32,000 nt of DNA from contig NC_018655.1 in the NCBI RefSeq assembly GCF_000299365.1, positions 1,560,001-1,592,000 of the forward strand, given 5' to 3'. Made by a program: the position numbers and the translations under genes. This stretch comes from Candidatus Nitrosopumilus koreensis AR1. Its GTDB lineage: Archaea; Thermoproteota; Nitrososphaeria; Nitrososphaerales; Nitrosopumilaceae. The notes below the pieces were generated by a model that made no database searches, was not told where the DNA came from, and worked only from the letters and a program-made list of their open reading frames with translations. The stretch's first letter is position 1; the number at the start of each line of letters is the position of its first letter. Positions 1-6,984 of this stretch are shown here, piece after piece.

Positions 1-1
1 A

Positions 2-286
2 ATTATTGATTCGTTTAATGGCATCTACAACATGTTTGATGATTTAGAATCAGCCATATTCATTAATTCGTGTATCATGTTACTTTCATCATTAGGAAAA
101 GATACGAGTTCGTCTATTGTCATTACTGCAATGGCTAGGAAAAAAGAAAAGGAGGGTTGGATTCTTACTCCAGGGGGAAAGCAGATCATAAAATCTGCTA
201 AAACAGGGGTTTACTTTCTAAAGAAGATTGAAAATAACTTGAGTATGCGTTCCATAGATGAAGATTCAAAAAATTTCAAGACATAG
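2..286 (+). CDS. hypothetical protein, 5'-partial (continues off the left edge)
   Basis: The frame of ORF 32..286 has no stop codon back to nt 2. The stop is TAG at 284-286. No recognisable motif. Confidence 0.3.
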   Translation: MIDSFNGIYNMFDDLESAIFINSCIMLLSSLGKDTSSSIVITAMARKKEKEGWILTPGGKQIIKSAKTGVYFLKKIENNLSMRSIDEDSKNFKT

Positions 287-300
287 AAGTGGAAAAAACT

Positions 301-312
301 GGTTTTTGTTTG
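301..312 (+). terminator. oligo-T tract, possible archaeal terminator of the upstream partial gene
   Basis: GGTTTTTGTTTG begins 15 nt after the TAG stop. Archaeal termination typically occurs at T-tracts. Confidence 0.3.
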
Positions 313-327
313 AAAGGCGATCAAAAA

Positions 328-363
328 TCAAACGCCGTTATAAAATTTCAAACGCCGTTATAA
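328..363. promoter_or_regulatory. tandem 16-bp direct repeat TCAAACGCCGTTATAA x2 with a 20-bp period; candidate transcription-factor site
   Basis: Perfect copies at 328-343 and 348-363. Each contains the palindromic core AACG-C-CGTT. The repeat is a GC-rich island in an AT-rich spacer, just upstream of the TATA-like box of the ferredoxin gene. Confidence 0.5.
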
Positions 364-379
364 CGTGATATTTTTAGGC

Positions 380-392
380 AAATTATATTAAT
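380..392 (+). promoter_or_regulatory. TATA-like box for the ferredoxin gene
   Basis: AAATTATATTAAT is centred about 31 nt upstream of ATG 417. Confidence 0.3.
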
Positions 393-416
393 GACAAATC
401 AAGATTTTATTTTGTT

Positions 417-716
417 ATGCCAGTAGGAATTATTCCAGACATAAGCGAACAAATGTGTATCGGATGCGCACTATGTGTAGAAATCTGTACAACACTTGGT
501 CCAGATGTCCTTAGAGTAAAACCAGTTGAAGGCTGGAAGAGAGGTAAAGCATTTGTCTTTTACCCAGAAAGATGTATTTCTGATGGTGCATGCATCGGTG
601 TATGCCCAACAAAAGCAATCTTTTGGATGAGACCAATGGACTTTACTGTTGGACAACCAGTTCCACTCCACAAAGATTCAGTCTTCGTAAAAGGTTGGAC
701 CGAATTAATCGATTAG
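417..716 (+). CDS. dicluster ferredoxin-type iron-sulfur protein
   Basis: Motif 1 is C14-x2-C17-x2-C20-x3-C24. Motif 2 is C53-x2-D56-x2-C59-x3-C63-P, with Asp in place of the second Cys. Confidence 0.85.
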   Translation: MPVGIIPDISEQMCIGCALCVEICTTLGPDVLRVKPVEGWKRGKAFVFYPERCISDGACIGVCPTKAIFWMRPMDFTVGQPVPLHKDSVFVKGWTELID

Positions 717-748
717 ATTAGTTCAACTTTTAATTTCTTTTTCTTATT

Positions 749-1744
749 TTAGACTTTAACAGCCCCAGGTTTGGTTTTTGATACATCAGGTTTCTTCTTC
801 AACCAAAATAATACCGCAATAAACATTACAGCTGGAATAAGAATAATGACAATCATCAACTCGTAATATGTTGTCAATCTTTGTGCAGGTTTAATATGAA
901 AAGTTTCATGAGTAGTCTTTTCTGGATTATCATAAACTGCTGCAGTGAAATCCACTGATCTTTGTTCTTTAGATTCTACACCACCAAACACAGTAACACT
1001 TTCCTCAGCTAAAAGCGATGGAGAGTGAATTCCTTCTATTCTAACTATGATTGAACCAGAATCAGTAAAAACAAAATTTCTGTAATCACCACCAATCTGA
1101 CTTAATCCTTCATCACGGAAAATTTCTTGACCATTTTGAAAAATAACAAAATCATATTTCATTTCTGCAAGATTGGAATTTGTTTGTGGATCATAGAATT
1201 GATATACAAATTGAATTTTTTCATGTGTTTTAATTACCGGAGGATCCCACGACAGATTCACTTCAAGATCTAAATCTGGAGTATATTGTAATAAAGGAAA
1301 TTCAACTTTTTGGCCTGTTGCATCATGTGGATAATCAGGAATCTCCTTTTCAACAACTACAATTCCTTCCATCCAAGGATGAATTGTGCAGAAATAAGAA
1401 AAAGTTCCTGATTCTTCAAATTTGTATGACCAAGAGTCTCCTGGTGAAAACTCTCCACTATCAAATATCCCATCAGGTTTTCCAAAATTTTTATTGTCCA
1501 TCCAACCAAATCGCCCTGGTCCATCACCACTAGTAACTGTATGAGTCTCTCTGTCATCATTATACCAAGTTATTGTATCTCCAACAATGACGTTAATCAA
1601 AGGAGGGTCATACCAAACTTCTGCAGGAGTATTTAGTTCGGGATTGTACGCACCAAACGGGATATCAACTATGTATTCATCTGCAAAAGCAAAAGGAATC
1701 GAGCCTGAGAATAGGATTATTGAAAGTATGAAGAAATAATGCAT
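749..1744 (-). CDS. membrane-anchored blue (type 1) copper protein, cupredoxin/amicyanin-like, with an extra C-terminal domain
   Basis: N-terminal signal peptide (…SIPFAFA/DE). Ligand set H68…C119-x2-H122-x2-M125 within YFCTIHPWMEG. About 160 aa of unassigned beta-rich domain follows, then a C-terminal TM helix and a Lys-rich tail. Confidence 0.8.
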   Translation of the reverse strand: MHYFFILSIILFSGSIPFAFADEYIVDIPFGAYNPELNTPAEVWYDPPLINVIVGDTITWYNDDRETHTVTSGDGPGRFGWMDNKNFGKPDGIFDSGEFSPGDSWSYKFEESGTFSYFCTIHPWMEGIVVVEKEIPDYPHDATGQKVEFPLLQYTPDLDLEVNLSWDPPVIKTHEKIQFVYQFYDPQTNSNLAEMKYDFVIFQNGQEIFRDEGLSQIGGDYRNFVFTDSGSIIVRIEGIHSPSLLAEESVTVFGGVESKEQRSVDFTAAVYDNPEKTTHETFHIKPAQRLTTYYELMIVIILIPAVMFIAVLFWLKKKPDVSKTKPGAVKV

Positions 1745-1891
1745 AAATTAAGAACGTTAAATTTTATAATAAATCTATCAGGTTATTCTCAAAATCGAAA
1801 GTAATTATCAGATGAAAGAATTATTGGAGATGAAATATACTTGGAAATACTAGAAGCCTTGATATTTACATAAAAACAACAAAGAATAAAA

Positions 1892-3667
1892 TTGACAATC
1901 TCAGTAAATCTTGGTAAAAAACTTGTTTTGCTTGTCATGCTTGTAACAATGACTGCTTTAGGAGTCATATCTTACATGAGCATAGATTATTCCACTGAGA
2001 CTCTTAAAGAGAGGGGAGGGGAGTTGCTACACGGTGAATCAGATATCAGAGGAGAATCTCTAAGATTACTTTTTGAGACAAGAATAGAACAAAACAAGAT
2101 TCTTGCAAATGATCCTATGATTCGATTTTTGGTTTCAGAGATGGATGGGGTTTCAGAACTAGAATTAAAATCTATGAAAGAAGAAAAACGTAGAGATTTT
2201 CTAATTCAAGTACAAGCATTTCAAGAACTTGTCGGATTTTCAATTGGATTTGAAGATACTAAAATAATTGGGAATAATGGAAATGTGTTCTTTTCACTAG
2301 TAGGAATATCTGATGAGGATTACTCTCAAAACGAGTATTTTCAGAGAGGGTTAAAGGAGTCATTTGTTGATTTTGAACCTTCAGGAACGGGTAAAAAAAT
2401 GATTGTTGTTACTCCTGTTTATGCCATAGATAGTAAAATTGGAGATGAAGCTATTGGGGTCATCATTTCTAGAATGAGAACTGCTGCAATTGACAATATT
2501 TTGCTTAACAGAAGTGGATTGGGTGAAACGGGTGAAGTCTACATTGTTAATAGTGACTTTGTAATGTTGTCTGAATCTAGATTTTTTGAAAATGCAGTAT
2601 TTGAACAACGAGTAGATACAGTTGGTGTTCAAGAATGTTTTACCAATAACATGGAATATGTTGGAGTTTATCCTGATTATAGAGGAATTTCGATATATGG
2701 ATCATCTTATTGCATGCCAGAATTTGGTATTGTCTTGCTTGCAGAAATGGACGAGAAAGAATTAGTTGAACCAATAAAAATTCTACAGACCAGAATTGTC
2801 CTTACTAGTTTACTCATAACGATGGCAATGGGATTAGTTGCATTTTTTGCTGCTGAGTCATTGTCACATCCACTACGTGCACTCAAAAAAGCTGCAAATA
2901 AAATTGCAGATGGTAATTTTGATGTTAGAACCAATATCAAGACAAGAGATGAGATTGCAGAATTATCTAATGCATTTGATTTAATGGCACAAAAATTACA
3001 AGAATCATTAATCGAGATTAAACAAAAAGACGAAGTCATCAAACAGCTTGAAGGTGATACGTTGTTGAAGTTCTCACAACGTGAAGAAAATGATTGTGTC
3101 GGAGTAATTGACATGGCAGATTCTACTAGAATATCATCAAAATTATCTGATCAGGATATTTCTAAGCTATATGAAATATTTTTGAATTTTATGGCAAAGA
3201 TTGTTATCAATCACAAAGGAGAAGTCATAAAAAATATTGGGGATGCATTGATGTTTAGATTTGCAAACGTAGATACCAACAATGATGAAAACATGAAAAA
3301 TATTCTAGAATGTTGCTTGTGTATGGTTGAATCACATAGAAAGTTACAAGAAGAACTTAAAAAAGAAAATATGCCCATAGTAGATTATAAAATTAGTTTA
3401 ACATATGGTCCTGTCAAAGTAGCTGAAAGTACTACTTCAAAAATTAGTGATGTTTTTGGTCCTACTGTAAATCGATGTTTTAAAATAAATTCACTTTGTC
3501 CTAAAAACAGCTTAGTTGTTGGTGAAAATGTAGAAAAGATCTTTAGGGATTTTTCAGAATATGAATTTACAGAATTATGTATAATTGAATTAAAACAAAA
3601 ATACGGTTACAATATTTTTGAAGTCAGAAGAAAAAGGCCAGAGTATTTTAATAAAAAATCTGATTAA
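1892..3667 (+). CDS. membrane sensor adenylate cyclase (extracytoplasmic Cache-like domain - HAMP - class III cyclase)
   Basis: TM1 lies at about aa 10-30, followed by a loop of about 270 aa and TM2 at about aa 300-322. HAMP-like segment: PLRALKKAANKIADGNFDVR…DEIAELSNAFDLMAQKL. Cyclase motifs: IDMADSTR, KNIGDALMF, SDVFGPTVNRCFK. The start is TTG and is needed to keep TM1 intact. Confidence 0.75.
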   Translation: MTISVNLGKKLVLLVMLVTMTALGVISYMSIDYSTETLKERGGELLHGESDIRGESLRLLFETRIEQNKILANDPMIRFLVSEMDGVSELELKSMKEEKRRDFLIQVQAFQELVGFSIGFEDTKIIGNNGNVFFSLVGISDEDYSQNEYFQRGLKESFVDFEPSGTGKKMIVVTPVYAIDSKIGDEAIGVIISRMRTAAIDNILLNRSGLGETGEVYIVNSDFVMLSESRFFENAVFEQRVDTVGVQECFTNNMEYVGVYPDYRGISIYGSSYCMPEFGIVLLAEMDEKELVEPIKILQTRIVLTSLLITMAMGLVAFFAAESLSHPLRALKKAANKIADGNFDVRTNIKTRDEIAELSNAFDLMAQKLQESLIEIKQKDEVIKQLEGDTLLKFSQREENDCVGVIDMADSTRISSKLSDQDISKLYEIFLNFMAKIVINHKGEVIKNIGDALMFRFANVDTNNDENMKNILECCLCMVESHRKLQEELKKENMPIVDYKISLTYGPVKVAESTTSKISDVFGPTVNRCFKINSLCPKNSLVVGENVEKIFRDFSEYEFTELCIIELKQKYGYNIFEVRRKRPEYFNKKSD

Positions 3668-4818
3668 TTTCTAGAAAAACCAAACTTTGATGCCCAACCT
3701 GATTTTTGTTTTTTTGTGGGTTTTTTTGATAGATTGTTGAGCATGTCATATGTAATTGTAAATCCATGTCCTACCATGGTTGCATCATTTGCATAGTTTG
3801 CCTTGTTAGGAACAAATTCATCAGATAAATCTTTGATTTTCTTTGTTTTGAGATCAAATAATCTAATTTTCTTACCGTTTTCTAATTCAATTTTTGCATC
3901 ACCACTCAATCCTTGAATTGAGAAATTTTCAAAAAATCTAATTGAGCCTCCTTCTTTTAGTTTGATAACAGAATCATACGTAAATTTTCCTCCATAAAAC
4001 AAGACCTCACGTGCAGAGATTGTTACATCATCTTCTACATTTAGAACAATAACTGTGTCAGCGTCTAAAGACACGGTGTTTACTACATTTTCAGCAATAA
4101 TCTTACCATTTGGAGCCGAAACTTGAGTTCTGTGTTCCAGTATTTTATAGACGCCAACCTTTCCATCAGGATCTTCAACTCTAAATTTTCTGCCAAAAAT
4201 ATTTCCTACTACAACGTTTCCATTATCTACAATAATTTTAGCACCATTTTCAATTTTGTATTTATTTTCCACAGGATCAACAAATTTGAAGTCTCCTTTT
4301 GTTAGATGAATATTTGTTTGAAATTCTTTAGTCCAAGATGGACTGGTAATACTTCCCTGCATAGTAATTGGGCCATCATAAGTTAAACTTCCAGCCATAA
4401 AATTTCCTTTAATAGATAAAGCACCATTGGCTTTTCTTTCCAATTCAATTTCACCAAGAGTTTTTGAACCAAATAATCTTGAGGCAGTTGAATTTGCTCG
4501 ATTTAATGCTGCTGCCCACTCTTCAGCTGTTTTCATTTCTTTAGACAACTGTTGTCCCAGAATCTGATTTTTTCTTTTTACATCTGCTTCAGATTCATCA
4601 GAATATACTCTTGAGTTTTTTATTTTTTCAATATCTGTTTCAGGATATTTTTTGCCAATTTTTAGATCCTCATATGCTTGTTTAATTTTTATGAATTGTT
4701 CATTTTCTCCACCACGATCAGAATGATACTGTAAGGCTAGTCTTCTGAATGCATCACGAATTTCTTTATCACTAGTTCCTTCGACAATTCCTAAAATATC
4801 ATAATTACTTTCAACCAT
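3664..4818 (-). CDS. J-domain protein with variant HSD tripeptide and uncharacterised beta-rich C-terminal region
   Basis: N-terminus YDILGIVEGTSDKEIRDAFRRLALQYHSDRGG…FIKIKQAYEDL fits a J domain. The C-terminal ~250 aa is rich in short G/N/V/I beta-strand-like repeats. Confidence 0.7.
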   Translation of the reverse strand: MVESNYDILGIVEGTSDKEIRDAFRRLALQYHSDRGGENEQFIKIKQAYEDLKIGKKYPETDIEKIKNSRVYSDESEADVKRKNQILGQQLSKEMKTAEEWAAALNRANSTASRLFGSKTLGEIELERKANGALSIKGNFMAGSLTYDGPITMQGSITSPSWTKEFQTNIHLTKGDFKFVDPVENKYKIENGAKIIVDNGNVVVGNIFGRKFRVEDPDGKVGVYKILEHRTQVSAPNGKIIAENVVNTVSLDADTVIVLNVEDDVTISAREVLFYGGKFTYDSVIKLKEGGSIRFFENFSIQGLSGDAKIELENGKKIRLFDLKTKKIKDLSDEFVPNKANYANDATMVGHGFTITYDMLNNLSKKPTKKQKSGWASKFGFSRN

Positions 4819-4918
4819 ATCCAGTACTGTCCAAATAATTTTTCATAATTCCTATACTTTTAGGTTATTACATTTACAAAATATCAAGGATTTGAAAATA
4901 AAAAATTAGAAAGGGGCA

Positions 4919-5350
4919 CTATTTGACAACTAATACAGGTATCTTGGTTTTGTGCATTACATAATTTGATGTGCTTCCAAGAAATGCTTCTTTTGCACCA
5001 CCCACACCTCTTGCACCAATTACAATCATGTCAAATTTGCCCTTTTGAGCGTATTTGACAATTTCAGAACCAGTGTGACCACCGCCTGTTTGATATTTGA
5101 ATTTAGCACCAGCATTTTGTGCTTTCTTCATTGCAGGACCAATAGCTTTTACGGCTTTTTTTTGTGCATCATCTTTCATTTTTTGTGTATACTTTATTCC
5201 TGCTGTCAGAGGCAAATGAAATACATAGAATCCAGTAATTTCAGCACCACTGCCTTTCGCAATCTCGATTGCTCTATCCAAACCACGATTGGCATTTGCA
5301 GAACCATCAAGAGGGACAAGAATTTTTGAAAACTTTGCCATGTCTGACAT
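4919..5350 (-). CDS. universal stress protein (UspA family)
   Basis: ILVPLDGS…, GARGVGGAKEAFLGSTSNYVMHKTKIPVLVV; 143 aa. Confidence 0.85.
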   Translation of the reverse strand: MSDMAKFSKILVPLDGSANANRGLDRAIEIAKGSGAEITGFYVFHLPLTAGIKYTQKMKDDAQKKAVKAIGPAMKKAQNAGAKFKYQTGGGHTGSEIVKYAQKGKFDMIVIGARGVGGAKEAFLGSTSNYVMHKTKIPVLVVK

Positions 5351-5434
5351 CTGAATTCAACCAATATAAGAATAATTAGTATTTCCAAAGATGAAACTGG
5401 AAATTATAATCAGAATTGAAAATTATATCTGCAG

Positions 5435-5443
5435 TTTTTATAC
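5435..5443 (+). promoter_or_regulatory. TATA-like box of the CBS/VIT/permease operon
   Basis: TTTTTATAC is centred about 26 nt upstream of ATG 5465, a leaderless geometry. Confidence 0.35.
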
Positions 5444-5464
5444 AAAAAATATTGTAAATTAAGA

Positions 5465-6289
5465 ATGATAATTACTGAAATTTCAAACAAGCCAATCTCT
5501 ATTATCAAAAATTCTACAATTTCAGATGCAATCAAAATGTTACTAAATACAAAGATCAGCAGATTAATTGTAAATGATGGTGGAAAACATATTGGCATAA
5601 TTACTGAAAAAGACATAGGGCTGTTTTTGTTTTCAGAAACAACAAAGAGAGGGTTGGAAGAAATTCCCATTACAGACATTATGAATCCAATTGAATTTGT
5701 TAAACAAGATATTACACCAGAAGATGCTGCAAAGATAATGATTGAGAGAAAAGTTAGCTCATTAGCTATAGGTGAAAAGCAAGAAGTTAAAGCAATAATT
5801 ACTAAAAGTGATCTTGTGAGATATTTTGCTGAAAAACCATCAGAAAAAAGTAAAGTTGTAGATTTTATGACTCATGATTATGAATATACACATACTGCTG
5901 CACCATTGTATAAAGTTGTAAGAAAAATGTTAGAAAAGAAAATTTCAAGAATTATAGTAAAAAATCAACAAGAAGAACCAGTAGGAGTTATTTCATTTAG
6001 AGATTTGTTTAGGATATCAATTGAGCTTGGCAGTGAAGATGATTTTTCGGGCACAAATTTTGACAATGTTAGACGTGGATTTCTCTCTACAGAAGGATTT
6101 GGGGATATTTCATTAGCTAGAGATGTAATGAGTAAGGGGCTAATCACTATCAAATTCAATGAAGATTTAGTAGAAGCATGTAATGTGTTATTAGAGAATA
6201 ATGTAAGCGGTCTAGTTGTTCTTGATGGGAATAATAGTATTGCAGGGATAATTAGTAAAAGTGATGTAGCAAAGGCACTGTCATCATAA
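5465..6289 (+). CDS. CBS-domain protein (about four CBS repeats)
   Basis: Repeated CBS-like units: …ISRLIVNDGGKHIGIITEKDI, VSSLAIGEKQEVKAIITKSDL, ISRIIVKNQQEEPVGVISFRDL, VSGLVVLDGNNSIAGIISKSDV. Confidence 0.8.
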   Translation: MIITEISNKPISIIKNSTISDAIKMLLNTKISRLIVNDGGKHIGIITEKDIGLFLFSETTKRGLEEIPITDIMNPIEFVKQDITPEDAAKIMIERKVSSLAIGEKQEVKAIITKSDLVRYFAEKPSEKSKVVDFMTHDYEYTHTAAPLYKVVRKMLEKKISRIIVKNQQEEPVGVISFRDLFRISIELGSEDDFSGTNFDNVRRGFLSTEGFGDISLARDVMSKGLITIKFNEDLVEACNVLLENNVSGLVVLDGNNSIAGIISKSDVAKALSS

Positions 6290-6290
6290 C

Positions 6291-6974
6291 ATGAAATGGC
6301 ATTTTGATGATTTTGTTTATGGCTCTATTGATGGAGCAGTAACAACTTTTGCAATTGTTGCAGGAGTTGTAGGAGCTGGTTTATCACCTGGAATTATTTT
6401 GATTTTAGGATTTGCAAATCTTTTTGCAGACGGATTTTCAATGGCAGCTGCAAATTATCAGGCATCAAAAGCCAAAAATGAGTTTATCCAAATGAAACGA
6501 AAACAAGAAGAATGGGAAATTGACAATTTAGCAGAACAAGAAAGAGATGAAATCAGAGATATTTACAAGGAAAAAGGATTCAAAGATGAATTATTAGAAG
6601 AAGTTGTTAGGATCATTACATCCAGAAGAAAAGTTTGGGTGGATACTATGATGAAAGAAGAATTAGGATTAATTGAAGATGAAAAAAATCCTTTAGATAG
6701 TTCTTTTAGTACTTTTATTGGATTTAATCTAATTGGCTTAATTCCATTAATACCATTTATGATCTTCATAATGATTGGAGTTGAACCAAATTCGGAGGCA
6801 TTTAGTTATTCTATAATTGCAGTAAGTGTAGCATTCCTTCTTGTAGGTATGATCAAAGGAAAAATTGTAAAAAAATCAAAAATTCGTTCAGGAATAAATA
6901 CACTAATCATAGGAGGAGTAGCAGCATTTGTTGCATATTTTGTAGGATATGGATTAAATTTTCTAGTAAATTAG
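6291..6974 (+). CDS. VIT1/CCC1-family iron/manganese transporter
   Basis: N-terminus DGAVTTFAIVAGVVGAGLS, an acidic cytoplasmic helix bundle region and C-terminal TM helices. ATG lies 1 nt after the CBS gene stop. Confidence 0.75.
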   Translation: MKWHFDDFVYGSIDGAVTTFAIVAGVVGAGLSPGIILILGFANLFADGFSMAAANYQASKAKNEFIQMKRKQEEWEIDNLAEQERDEIRDIYKEKGFKDELLEEVVRIITSRRKVWVDTMMKEELGLIEDEKNPLDSSFSTFIGFNLIGLIPLIPFMIFIMIGVEPNSEAFSYSIIAVSVAFLLVGMIKGKIVKKSKIRSGINTLIIGGVAAFVAYFVGYGLNFLVN

Positions 6975-6984
6975 GAAAGCGTAA

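Noticed and set aside
2707-3114. Long antisense ORFs inside well-supported genes. The main ones are 2707-3114, 13806-14201, 19574-19966, 20117-20506 and 22920-23252. Smaller ones include 471-671, 5410-5679 and 7911-8114.
   Set aside because: Their composition is low-complexity Ser/Ile/Phe/Asn-rich, as expected from the reverse strand of AT-rich coding DNA. They carry no motifs, and each is fully embedded in a gene with clear family signatures.
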